Assembly (NCBI GenBank): GCA_963721805.1
Contig: CAVRJY010000002.1
Coordinates: forward strand, 448,001 to 512,000
Length of the DNA: 64,000 nucleotides
Origin: Nitrospirota bacterium
Lineage (GTDB): Bacteria > Nitrospirota > Thermodesulfovibrionia > Thermodesulfovibrionales > JdFR-86
Direction of reading: 5' to 3'
The notes under the pieces are model-generated. The model saw only the letters and a list, made by a program, of their open reading frames with translations. It was not told where the DNA came from and did not search any database. The stretch's first letter is position 1. Every line of letters begins with the position of its first letter. Positions 47,361-58,124 of the stretch are shown piece by piece. The translations under genes were made by a program, and so were the position numbers.

Positions 47361-48833
47361 TTATGCCGTCGTTTGGACTGCGGGTTCGCTTTCCAGCGAG
47401 ACGAGGCCGAGCATCCTGACGAAGGCAGCGAAGAGCTCCGTGTCGTAGTCCTCGATCTCCTTGGCTATCGCGGCGAGGGCGTAATACGGGGAGAAGGCCT
47501 TTTTGTACGGCCTGTCGGTCGTGAGGGCGTCGTAACGGTCGACGATCGCCGCGATCTTTCCGAAGAGGTCCAGGGGCGGGGCGTCATGGCCCGAGAGGGT
47601 AGCCCGTGCCTGTGAGGGTCTCGTGGTGCTGCAGGATCGGGAACATCGAGCGCTCGGGCAGGTCCCTGAACTCGCGGACCATTTCGTAGCCCTGCTGCAC
47701 GTGCTTCTTCATCACGCTCATCTCGCGCGTGGTCAGGCGGTCGGGCTTGTTGAGGATGTCGGTCGGCACCATGACCTTGCCAATGTCGTGTAGCACCGAG
47801 CCTATGCCGAGCTCGAAAAGGCTCCGCTCGTCGAGCCCTATGTGGCTGCCGAGGCTTACGGCCAGCACCGCAACGTTGACGGAGTGCGTGTAGGTGTACA
47901 TGTCCTGCGCGTGGAGGTTCAGGAGGCTCACGAACGCCCCCCTGCGGCTCATGATCACGCCCATTAGGTCATGCACGATGGCCTCGGCGCTCCCCTTCAC
48001 CAGTTCCTCGTCGCGGTGGTTGTTGAGGACCTCGCGGATCTTCACCTTGGCGCTCTCGCGCGTGACGGTGGCCGCGATCCGGGCGTCCCCCTGGCAGTCC
48101 CTCAGGCGGCGCGCGATGTATGCCTGATAGTGCGGGATGTCTTCCTGCAGGATCGCGAGCTCGCCGGCGGCCTTTACGTGCCGCTCTGTGAGTCTCGGCC
48201 TCCGAGTCCCCGCTCGACCGTCACGAGCGGGTCATAGAAAAACCCCCGCTTTACGTAGATCGAAAAGTCCGCCTTTGTGCCCAGGGTGAGCATCTCGCGC
48301 TCGATCGGGAAGTGGATCTCCTTCTCCCTGTTGTAGCGGCGGTACTCCTCGTGGCTGTAGGCCACCTGTCCGTCCCGCACCAGGCGCAGGGATTCGAGGT
48401 AGCGGACGTAGGCCTCCTCATCCTCCTGCCTCACGTGGACGAGCCGCACGTCGGCGGATACCAGGGACTTCCTGAGCACAGGCGAAAGCTCCCCGCCCTT
48501 GCTGATGAACCGCTCCTTGCCCCTGCCGGTGCCCCGGTAGAGGTCAAACGGGAGTTTCGATCCGGTCCGAAGCGACGAGAGCTCCACCGAGACGTACTGC
48601 TGCGGGTCGGCGGCCTCTGCCGGGGATTGGGAACCATCCGGCGCGGCGACGTCGAGGCCGAGGTCGGTGTCGATATAGACGTGCTTGATATCGAGAGAGT
48701 GGATCTTCCTGATCTGCTCCTCGTCGTCGATCAGGAAGCGGTGGGTCAGAAACGGCGTGTTGATCCATGCGCGGTCGAAACCGCTCAGGTACATCCCGAC
48801 CCTCAGTTCGCGAACGTCGATCAGTTTTCTCAT
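47361..48833 (-). pseudogene. DUF3391 + HD-GYP phosphodiesterase with two frameshifts (pseudogene or sequencing error)
   Basis: LRVGMY..W..TPF, YTHSVNV, LHDIGK, HHE..GTGYP, then DRYDALTTDRPYKK in another frame. Shifts near 48208-48211 and 47590-47592. Confidence 0.85.
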
Positions 48834-48929
48834 GCAGGTCCCCTGTGAATGTAAATTATACCTTATACATTTTATCGGTGCACAGCGTTTCGTGGCCCTT
48901 GACACCGGGGCGCCCGGCATTGATAGTAT

Positions 48930-50351
<1,422 letters not shown>

Positions 50352-50419
50352 GGCCGATAATATTTTTTTGTTTGCCTGCCGTGTTTAATAATGCTAAACT
50401 TTAGCCAGCCAAAGGAGGC

Positions 50420-50605
50420 ATGCACATGGATGTGTCAAGCGCAACGGCTCAGGGATCGGCGATGAGTACGGACCAGCTGGACCAGCAGGCGCAGGTGCTG
50501 GCCATGAAAAAGCAGCTCGAGGTTCAGAAGCAGCAGGGGCAGAATGCGCTGGAGCTTATCCAGTCTGCCGACGTCAAAAAAGGAGGGGTTAACCTATACG
50601 CATAG
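50420..50605 (+). CDS. Small YjfB-like (putative motility) protein
   Basis: 61 aa, MKKQLE..Q...LELIQS, C-terminal VNLYA; AGGAGG RBS. Confidence 0.65.
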   Translation: MHMDVSSATAQGSAMSTDQLDQQAQVLAMKKQLEVQKQQGQNALELIQSADVKKGGVNLYA

Positions 50606-50633
50606 GCTCCCCGGACGATCAGCACCGAGTCCT

Positions 50634-50667
50634 ACGCCCCGATGCAGCGCACGCGGGGCGTTTTTTT
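50634..50667 (+). terminator. Intrinsic terminator
   Basis: CGCCCCG...CGGGGCG stem followed by T7. Confidence 0.75.
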
Positions 50668-50737
50668 ATCCCGCCGTTTTGCAGCACCCGCCTGTGTTAT
50701 TATCCAGAATGTGCATTGAGGTGTTAATCTGCCTGTA

Positions 50738-51250
50738 GTGATAGGTATCGGGGGCGCGCACAGCGGAGCTGGCAAGACCCTGGTCGGCTGCAGGATACTG
50801 CATGCGATGGGCCCGGGCTGGGGAGCGATCAAATGCACCCCTACCGCACTTTATAGCGCGGTGATCGACGACCCCGCTATCGTGGGCCAGCCCGGCAAGG
50901 ACACGGCGCGGTACGCCGAGGCCGGCGCGGAGCTGGCGCTCTGGGTGCAGGGACCGCGCGAGGCCCTTGCGGAATCCCTCGATATGGCGATGTGCAGGCT
51001 TGCCGGACTCAGGGGTGTGATAGTGGAGGGCAATACCGCAATTGAGCTTCTAAAGCCCGATATAGTAATATTTATCGTCGGGGAGCCGGGCCGTGTAAAG
51101 CCCGGGGCCTCTTCCGCGATCGAGTCGGCCCACGTGGTGATACACGCCGGGGGACTTTCCGGGGGCCCGCTTGAGCGGGAATTCGGGATCGAGGACGAGG
51201 AAGCATATATCGCGCACGTAAGGGGAGAGGTCCTTAAAAGGGACAAATGA
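50738..51250 (+). CDS. MobB-like P-loop protein
   Basis: GGAHSGAGKT, GKDT, VIVEGN motifs. Confidence 0.7.
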   Translation: MIGIGGAHSGAGKTLVGCRILHAMGPGWGAIKCTPTALYSAVIDDPAIVGQPGKDTARYAEAGAELALWVQGPREALAESLDMAMCRLAGLRGVIVEGNTAIELLKPDIVIFIVGEPGRVKPGASSAIESAHVVIHAGGLSGGPLEREFGIEDEEAYIAHVRGEVLKRDK

Positions 51251-51253
51251 TCC

Positions 51254-52069
51254 ATGAACGCCACGCTTAGTTTCGATCTGGCCCTCACCTGTTATCTCGC
51301 CGCCGTCATCGTGGGCGTGATAGACCTGTTCAAACAGGGCCGCTCGGCCGGCAAGATGATGGTCGGCATAACGGTGCTCGGCTTCCTGGTGCACTCGGCG
51401 AGCATAGTGTTCCGCTACGCGCTCGAAGGCCACCTCCCGATGGCGAGCCCGCACGAGGCCGCGTCGTTCTTCGCCTGGTGCGTGGTCCTCATCTTCCTGG
51501 TTATGGAATATCGCTACAAGCTCGGGCTCCTTGGGTCGTTCATCATGCCTCTCGTGTTTGCGCTGATGCTGGCTGCCTCGATGCTCCCGCGCGCGATGGG
51601 GCCGCTCCCTCCGGTGCTCACGAGCTACTGGCTCGGCGTTCATACCTTCCTGGCGTTCCTGGCGAACGCCTCCTTCGTGCTGGCCGCCGGGGTCAGCGTG
51701 ATGTACCTGATACAGGACCATTACCTCAAGAGCAAGCGGCTCGGTGAGCTCTTCGCCCGCCTTCCTAGCATCCAGACCCTGGACTACCTGAACTACCGCC
51801 TGATCACGGTCGGGTTCCCGCTGTTCACGCTCGCGATCATCACAGGGGCGATATGGGCCAACAGCGCGTGGGGAAGCTACTGGAACTGGGACCCGCGCGA
51901 GGTATGGGCCCTGATCACGTGGCTGATATTCGCGACAGTCCTGCACGCGCGCCTGCTGGCCGGGTGGCGTGGCAAGCGCGCCGCCGTGCTCACGATAGTG
52001 GGGCTCGCGACGATCTTCATCGCGTTCTTCGGCGTCCAACTCCTGAAACGGGGGCTGCACGTCTTCTAA
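51254..52069 (+). CDS. ccsB: c-type cytochrome biogenesis protein CcsB/ResC (canonical)
   Basis: WLGVH, GAIWANSAWGSYWNWDPRE, LHAR, GLH motifs; coupled to hemA. Confidence 0.93.
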   Translation: MNATLSFDLALTCYLAAVIVGVIDLFKQGRSAGKMMVGITVLGFLVHSASIVFRYALEGHLPMASPHEAASFFAWCVVLIFLVMEYRYKLGLLGSFIMPLVFALMLAASMLPRAMGPLPPVLTSYWLGVHTFLAFLANASFVLAAGVSVMYLIQDHYLKSKRLGELFARLPSIQTLDYLNYRLITVGFPLFTLAIITGAIWANSAWGSYWNWDPREVWALITWLIFATVLHARLLAGWRGKRAAVLTIVGLATIFIAFFGVQLLKRGLHVF

Positions 52070-53343
52070 TGAACGTCCTCGTAGTCGGCCTGAACCATAA
52101 GACAGCGGCGGTCGAAGTCCGCGAGAAACTCGCGTTCGGCGGCGAGAAGCTCGAGCGCGGCCTGAAGGGGTTCAAGGCGCTCAAGACCGTCCGCGAGGCC
52201 GTGATCGTATCGACCTGCAACCGCGTGGAGATGTACGCCAACGTCTCGTCGCCCGAGGCCGCCTCGGAGGAGATCAAGACGTTCCTGGCCGAGTTCCACG
52301 GCATCAGGCGCGAGCTGCTGGATACCTCGCTCTACTTCCACGTCGGCCGCGACGCTGTGCGCCACATCTTCCGCGTGGCATCGAGCCTCGACAGCATGGT
52401 AGTAGGCGAGCCCCAGATACTCGGGCAGCTAAAGGACGCCTTCGAGCTCTCGCTCAAGCACAAGACCACCGGCGTGCTCTTAAACAAGCTCATGAAGAAA
52501 TCCATCTCGGTGGCCAAGCGAGTGCGCACCGAGACGAAGATCGCTGAAAACGCGGTCTCGATAAGCTTCGCGGCCGTGGAGCTCGCAAAGAAGATCTTCG
52601 GCGACGTCTCGGACAAGGCCGTGCTCCTGCTCGGGGCCGGCGAGATGGCCGAGCTCGCGGCAAAGCACCTGGTAAACGTTGGAGTGCGCGACCTGGCGGT
52701 GGCCAACCGCACGTTCGCGACCGGCTGCAAGCTGGCCGAGGAGATCGGGGGCCGCCCGGTGAAGTTCGAGCTGTTCATCGACGAGATGGCCCACTCCGAC
52801 ATTGTGATCTGCTCCACCGGCGCGCCGGACTACGTCGTGAAGAAGGACGACATGCACCAGCTCATGCACCGCCGCAAGCAAAAGCCGGTCTTCCTGATCG
52901 ACATATCGGTGCCCAGAAACCTCGACCCGAAGATCAACGGGCTCGCGAACGTCTACCTCTACGACGTCGACGACCTGCAGGGCGTCGTTAACACGAACGT
53001 GCAGGAGCGCCAGAAAGAGGCATCAAAGGCCGAGGCGATCATCTCAGACGAGATCGAGACCTTCGAGCGCTGGCAGAGTTCGCTTGACGCGGTGCCGACT
53101 ATCGTCGCGCTCCGCGAGCGGGCCGAGGAGATCAAGCGCGCCGAGATCGAGAAGGCCGTAAACAAGCTGCCCGGCCTCGGAGAGCGCGAACGCAAGGCAA
53201 TCGAGCTCGTGGCGTCCTCGATAATCAACAAGCTCATCCACCCGCCCACCGCCGCTCTCAAGGAAGACACCGAGGACAAGGACGTCCTGATCGCGATGGT
53301 CAAGCGCCTCTACGGGCTCGAGAAGAACTCCCGCGACGAGTAG
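52069..53343 (+). CDS. hemA: Glutamyl-tRNA reductase
   Basis: GLNHKTA, STCNRVE, GEPQILGQ, GAGEM, DISVPRN motifs. Confidence 0.96.
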   Translation: MNVLVVGLNHKTAAVEVREKLAFGGEKLERGLKGFKALKTVREAVIVSTCNRVEMYANVSSPEAASEEIKTFLAEFHGIRRELLDTSLYFHVGRDAVRHIFRVASSLDSMVVGEPQILGQLKDAFELSLKHKTTGVLLNKLMKKSISVAKRVRTETKIAENAVSISFAAVELAKKIFGDVSDKAVLLLGAGEMAELAAKHLVNVGVRDLAVANRTFATGCKLAEEIGGRPVKFELFIDEMAHSDIVICSTGAPDYVVKKDDMHQLMHRRKQKPVFLIDISVPRNLDPKINGLANVYLYDVDDLQGVVNTNVQERQKEASKAEAIISDEIETFERWQSSLDAVPTIVALRERAEEIKRAEIEKAVNKLPGLGERERKAIELVASSIINKLIHPPTAALKEDTEDKDVLIAMVKRLYGLEKNSRDE

Positions 53344-53481
53344 CGCTCACACGCAGATCTCCAGAGTTGCCCGCGCCAGTCTTATCGGTCTAAAAAGGGG
53401 TTGAGGGACGCATTGCAGGGGGAGGGTTTCCCTGAAATGCGCCCCTCGTAAAGGAGTAGGAGATGAAGCCTGTCTATATGT

Positions 53482-53937
53482 CTAGCGCTGGCCCTCGTCG
53501 TGGTGATCGTGCATCTCGGCGTTGTAACGCTCGCGGAGTTCATCGCGCCACCTGCGGCCAGCATCCTCTACGTCGCTGAGCCTGTCGTTGATCTGGTGGC
53601 GGAGCCTGCGGAGGTCTCTGTTGAGCCTCTCGGAGGCTTCCCTGTCGTCGCGCCTGAGCGCCTCTCTATACTCAACCGTCTTTTCGCTGAACTCCCGGCG
53701 CATGCGCTCTGTGTCTTTCATGGCGCGGTGGAGCACCTCGGGGGGCATCGGCATGTTCTCCCACCACTCGTGGTGTTCGCCCTGCGGTCCGCCCATCTGC
53801 CCGCCCTGCTGTCCGCCCATCTGCGATCCGCCCATCTGCCCGCCTTGATCCTGCGCTAACGCTACGCCGCTTATGGCCATAAGCCCGAATACCAGCACCG
53901 CCGCCAAAAGCAATTTCCATCCGTCAGTCTTCAACAT
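53482..53937 (-). CDS. Periplasmic helical Met/His-rich protein (Spy/CpxP/ZraP-like)
   Basis: Signal peptide ending ALA, GGQMGG repeats, coiled helices, MHDHHDE tail. Confidence 0.6.
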   Translation of the reverse strand: MLKTDGWKLLLAAVLVFGLMAISGVALAQDQGGQMGGSQMGGQQGGQMGGPQGEHHEWWENMPMPPEVLHRAMKDTERMRREFSEKTVEYREALRRDDREASERLNRDLRRLRHQINDRLSDVEDAGRRWRDELRERYNAEMHDHHDEGQR

Positions 53938-54094
53938 CGCTCAGTCTCCTTCCTGGTAGTGTGATACTTAAATTCTACCAGTCCGTTAGAAAAAGTCTAG
54001 CAAAAGAGTTTGAACTCCGAATGAAGAAATAATGAAACAATTATGAAGGCCCTCCTTGACATCCGAAAACAGCGAGCCGTACACTTATACCTCC

Positions 54095-55738
54095 ATGAAA
54101 TACCGCATACTCAATGAGATATCCGCGGCGCTCGCCTCGCTCGGAATCGAGACCCCGGCCTTCGTTGAGGTCGAGACCCCGCGGGACGCCTCGATGGGCG
54201 ACTACTCCACGCCGGTCGGCATGGTGCTCGCCAGGACCCTCAAACGGCCGCCGCGCCAGATAGCGCAATCCATCGCGGACGCGATCCCCAAAGGCGGGCT
54301 CTTTAAAGACGTCACTGTTGCGGGGCCGGGTTTCATCAACTTCACGCTCTCCGACGCCACGCTCGCCGATGTAACGCGCACGATACTTACGAGCGGCACC
54401 GAGGCGATGCTCCCGAGCCTCGGGAAGGGCCGCCGCATTCAGATCGAGTTCGTGAGCGCGAACCCGACCGGCCCCCTGCACCTCGGCCACGGCCGCGGCG
54501 CCGCGGTGGGCTGCGCGCTTTCGAATATATTGACCGCGGGCGGATACGAGGTCGTCCGCGAGTATTACGTCAACGACGCCGGCCGCCAGGTCAAGCTCCT
54601 CGGTGAGAGCGTCTTTGCGCGCTACAAGGAGCTCCTCGGCGTCGATTACCCCTTCCCCGAGGACGGGTACAAGGGCGATTACATAATCGAGGCCGGCCGC
54701 CGGATGCTCGAGCAGATCGGCGAAAAATACAGGGACGCTCCATACGACACCGGGGCCGAGGCCGAGTTCATCCAAAGCTCGCTCGACGCGATGCTCGACG
54801 TGATAAAGGAAGACCTCGACCACTTCGGCGTCCGGTTCGACGTATGGCAGAGCGAGCGCACGCTCTACAGCGAGGGCGCTGTGGGTCACGCGATAGAGTT
54901 CCTGCGCGACAAGGGGCTGATGTACGAGGCCGACGGCGCGCTCTGGTTCAGGGCCACCGAGTTCGGGGACGAGAAGGACCGCGTCACGATCAAGGCCGAC
55001 GGGGCGCACACCTACTTCGCCTCCGACATCGCCTACCACCTCAAGAAGGTCGAGGCCGGGTTCGACGAGATCATAGACATCTGGGGCGCTGACCACCACG
55101 GCTACATCCCCCGCATGGAAGCCGTCATAGAGGCCCTCGGCTACGACAGGGCGCGGCTCAAGGTGCTCCTGATCCAGATGGTCAACCTCCTGCGCGGCGG
55201 AAAGCCGGTGCAGATGTCCAAGCGCTCCGGCGAGTTCGTCACGCTTCGCGAGGTCATCGACGAGGTCGGCGCGGACATCACGAAGTTCGTCTTCCTCACG
55301 CGCCGCCACGACAGCCAGCTCACGTTTGACCTCGAGAGCGTAAAGGCCGCCTCGGCCGAAAACCCGGTCTTCTATATCCAGTACGCAAACGCGCGCATCA
55401 ACAGCCTCTTCGCGCACGCAGCCACGGACGAGCCGGAGGCCGCCGAGATCAATGCCGACCTTGCGCTGCTCGTCGAGCCGGAGGAACGCCGCCTGATGGC
55501 GAAGCTCGCCGAGTACCCGATGGTATTCGAGCTTGCATCCGAGGGCCGCGAGCCTCACCGCATCACGTTTTATCTGCAGGAGCTCGCAGGTACTTTCCAC
55601 CCCTACTATAACCGCCACCGGGTTGTAACCGGCACGCCCGCGCTCACGTCCGCACGCCTCGCGCTTTGCGATGCGGTCAGACGCACCATACGCGACGGGC
55701 TTAAACTGATAGGCATCTCTGCACCGGACAAGATGTAA
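54095..55738 (+). CDS. argS: Arginine--tRNA ligase
   Basis: GPGFIN, EFVSANPTGPLHLGH, WGADHHGY, MSKRSG, YIQYA motifs. Confidence 0.96.
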   Translation: MKYRILNEISAALASLGIETPAFVEVETPRDASMGDYSTPVGMVLARTLKRPPRQIAQSIADAIPKGGLFKDVTVAGPGFINFTLSDATLADVTRTILTSGTEAMLPSLGKGRRIQIEFVSANPTGPLHLGHGRGAAVGCALSNILTAGGYEVVREYYVNDAGRQVKLLGESVFARYKELLGVDYPFPEDGYKGDYIIEAGRRMLEQIGEKYRDAPYDTGAEAEFIQSSLDAMLDVIKEDLDHFGVRFDVWQSERTLYSEGAVGHAIEFLRDKGLMYEADGALWFRATEFGDEKDRVTIKADGAHTYFASDIAYHLKKVEAGFDEIIDIWGADHHGYIPRMEAVIEALGYDRARLKVLLIQMVNLLRGGKPVQMSKRSGEFVTLREVIDEVGADITKFVFLTRRHDSQLTFDLESVKAASAENPVFYIQYANARINSLFAHAATDEPEAAEINADLALLVEPEERRLMAKLAEYPMVFELASEGREPHRITFYLQELAGTFHPYYNRHRVVTGTPALTSARLALCDAVRRTIRDGLKLIGISAPDKM

Positions 55739-55744
55739 GGGATT

Positions 55745-55867
55745 AAAGCGCTCCAAATCGCTTGATACTGCGTTGGGCATCAAAGACTCGCCCTCTATGT
55801 ACGTCTCAGTACACCATCGGGCGGTCTCCTCGCCCTGCCTTGTCTGAAGCCGATTTGGGCGCGCTTT
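55745..55867 (+). repeat. 123-bp palindromic repeat, copy C
   Basis: Near-identical to A and B; 6 nt after the argS stop. Tail ends GGTCAACGGCTTAGTT. Confidence 0.9.
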
Positions 55868-56299
55868 CGGGGGGCACGGACGAAGGAAGCCCCCCGCGCC
55901 CCACGAGGTCAACGGCTTAGTTATATACATACTTCCCGCGCGCGGCCGCGCGTATTTTTTTAGAGCGTTCAAATGAACGGAGAAAAAACAATCCAACACA
56001 TTGGAATACCGCATTTTCTTGACTGTCCCCCTGTTCATGCGTTCAGAAACGTTTTTCACGCGGCCTTCCGATCTCCGGCCTAGTTAAATTAGTCTGTATA
56101 CATATCATGCGCGATGATAAACCAGCAGGTCGGAACTGCGCCATGGGAACTGGTTCCCATTGACCAGTTCCGGGGATTTATGTTATGGAGGCAGAACTCC
56201 CGTACTCATATTATATTGGCCAATTTTAATAGCCGGCCATCTCAATAATCGGCAATAACCGTCTCTGGTATAATATTTAAGCGGCACAGGAGGTGGCTT

Positions 56300-56524
56300 A
56301 TGTCATACAAAATAAGCATAGTCATAGAAAAAGACGAGTCCGGCTACTACGCATACAGCCCCGAGCTTGAGGGCTGCCAATCGCAGGGCGAAACGTTCGA
56401 TGAGGCGCTCTCGAACATCAAGGAGGCCATCGAGCTTTACCTTGAGACGATGTCACCCGACGAGAAGCTAGCCTATCTGAGCAAAGAAATCTTTACAACC
56501 GCCATTGAGGTACAGGTTGCCTAA
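56300..56524 (+). CDS. hicB: HicB family antitoxin (short form)
   Basis: YYAYSPELEGCQSQGETFDEALSNIKEAIELYL; AGGAGG RBS. Confidence 0.88.
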   Translation: MSYKISIVIEKDESGYYAYSPELEGCQSQGETFDEALSNIKEAIELYLETMSPDEKLAYLSKEIFTTAIEVQVA

Positions 56525-56710
56525 GCTTCCCCGGCTGACGCCGCTGGACGCTGAGGCAATGCTTCTCAAAACCGGATTCATATTAACCCGCAGCAAGGGC
56601 AGCCACAGAATTTACATGAAAGCCTCACGCAGGGTCGTTCTCCCGTTTCACTCAGGCATGTGCTTCACCCAAAGATTGTCATGCAAGTCCTAAAGGCTAT
56701 CGAACAATAA
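56517..56710 (+). pseudogene. hicA: HicA family toxin with a -1 frameshift near 56659
   Basis: GF..RSKGSH..VVLPFHSG, then VLHPKIVMQVLKAIEQ* in another frame. Confidence 0.8.
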
Positions 56711-56764
56711 TTAACGCTTCTTTCACTCCCCTTATCCCGCCGATGCAATAACTTTTTTCCATAA

Positions 56765-56807
56765 TGTAATCCGGATCACAGAAGCGGGCCGCGCATTGTG
56801 TTATTGT
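56765..56807 (+). promoter_or_regulatory. CRP/FNR-like box with extended -10 upstream of the riboswitch
   Basis: TGTAA-TCCGGA-TCACA (56765-80) and TGnTATTGT (56799-56807); box centre falls at about -41.5. Confidence 0.55.
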
Positions 56808-56830
56808 TCTATCACGAAGGCTTCGTAACA

Positions 56831-56929
56831 ACTCTGCTCAGAGCAAACCAGGGGAAACCCGGGGGCGCAGAGCATCGGGACTAACGAACGGTCAGCCAGC
56901 ACGTTCCATGTCAGCCGGGCCGCCAGAGT
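56831..56929 (+). ncRNA. GEMM-I (c-di-GMP-I fold) riboswitch, A20 variant
   Basis: P1 ACTCTG/CAGAGT; GAGCAAACC-AGGG-GAAA-CCC-GGGGGCGCAGAGC P2 with GAAA loop; CTAA receptor; CAGCCGGGCCGCC 3' junction. Confidence 0.85.
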
Positions 56930-56953
56930 GCAGCATACTCCGGCGGCTTTTTT
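56919..56953 (+). terminator. Riboswitch expression-platform terminator
   Basis: GCCGCC-A-GAGT / ACTC-C-GGCGGC stem + T6; overlaps the aptamer 3' strand. Confidence 0.8.
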
Positions 56954-57055
56954 GCGTGCTTTAGAGGCCGCCGGGGCGTCAGGGCGGAGCGCCGGGCGGC
57001 TCTTAGACCGGCCCGGCGGCGTGGAGGTATGGACAATTTAAATCAGGAGGGCTAA

Positions 57056-57739
57056 ATGAAAATCATAAGGTATATCCTGCTCGTCTCAATAGTGCTCGTG
57101 GCGACCGCTGGCGTGGCACTCGCATGGGACAGCGACCATAAGGTCTATAAGGCGCGGTTTGTCCCGTGTGTTGCGGCGTTATGCGGGGTGGATTCGGCCG
57201 CCACGCTCGACGTGGGCGAGGTCGAGGTCACGTCCGACGGCAGGGTGAGCGTCGAGCTGGAGGGCAGCAACATCATAAACGGGACGCTGGCGGTGAGCTA
57301 CCAGCCGATCAACGGGGCCGCCGTATCCATAGGCGTCTTCAATACGGACGCTTACGGCAGCCTCGACAGCGGCGACGATGACTATGACGGCTGGGGATGC
57401 GAGCGCGAGGACGGCGAGGACACGATGGTGGGCATACTGAACACGACGACCTCCATGGGGATCTTCATCATATCCGATGCGGTGCCGGACACCAACGGCG
57501 TCATCAACAATTACTTCGTTACCGCGTTCTCGACGACTCCTGAGCTGACCGGGCCTCAGCCCGGCGCGTTTGACGATATATCCAGCATGGGCGAGCTTAA
57601 GAGCGCATACAAGCAGAAGACCGCGCTCGCATCCAAGGGCGTGAAGTCACAGACGAATTCCCTCTCGAAGAGTCTGGCAAAGACCAGGACGAGGCTGAAG
57701 CAGGACTACCAAAGCAGGGCAGCGGCATTGTCTAACTAG
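57056..57739 (+). CDS. Secreted hypothetical protein (acidic beta-rich domain + basic helical tail)
   Basis: Signal peptide ending ALA; AGGAGG RBS. Confidence 0.8.
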   Translation: MKIIRYILLVSIVLVATAGVALAWDSDHKVYKARFVPCVAALCGVDSAATLDVGEVEVTSDGRVSVELEGSNIINGTLAVSYQPINGAAVSIGVFNTDAYGSLDSGDDDYDGWGCEREDGEDTMVGILNTTTSMGIFIISDAVPDTNGVINNYFVTAFSTTPELTGPQPGAFDDISSMGELKSAYKQKTALASKGVKSQTNSLSKSLAKTRTRLKQDYQSRAAALSN

Positions 57740-57750
57740 GCGTCATTCGA

Positions 57751-57786
57751 GGCGGCAGGGAGGCATGGAAATGTCTCCCTGCCGTC
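57751..57786. terminator. Hairpin between convergent genes
   Basis: GGCGGCAGGGAG...CTCCCTGCCGTC. Confidence 0.55.
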
Positions 57787-57813
57787 CCCTCCTTGAGATA
57801 TTCCAGAGGGGGC

Positions 57814-58074
57814 TTATGTGGCGGAATCCTTCTTTGCGTCAGCGGTTTCCTTCGAAGCGGGCTCCTGCTGCTTCGCCATCGCGGAGGGGGATGCCAGTTC
57901 CTTCGGAGCTTCCTTTTTGTCGTCCTCGTCATCGCCGGCCATGGCTTTTTTAAATCCCCTGATGCTCTCACCGAGCCCCTTGCCGATTGCCGGCAGCTTC
58001 CCCGGTCCGAAGATCAGCAGCACGATAAACAGTATTACGAGCAAATGCATCGGTTGAAACAGCCCTCTGCCCAT
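57814..58074 (-). CDS. tatA: Twin-arginine translocase TatA/E subunit
   Basis: LLIFGPGKLP..GKGLGESIRGFKK; AGGAGG RBS before ATG 58074. Confidence 0.93.
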   Translation of the reverse strand: MGRGLFQPMHLLVILFIVLLIFGPGKLPAIGKGLGESIRGFKKAMAGDDEDDKKEAPKELASPSAMAKQQEPASKETADAKKDSAT

Positions 58075-58124
58075 AGCAGTACCTCCTTGTGACGGGTATG
58101 TTTCTAGTATAACCCAACTGCCCC

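Noticed and set aside
53780..53850. Short tandem DNA repeats (CCGCCCATCTGC)
   Set aside because: They encode the GGQMGG low-complexity segment of the periplasmic protein; not an independent element.
54041..56059. 672-aa minus-strand ORF sharing the peptide KARPNRLQTRQG...SSDLERF with the 1044-aa ORF
   Set aside because: Antisense to argS. The shared peptide is only the translation of the 123-bp repeat, and no copy lies inside a real gene here.
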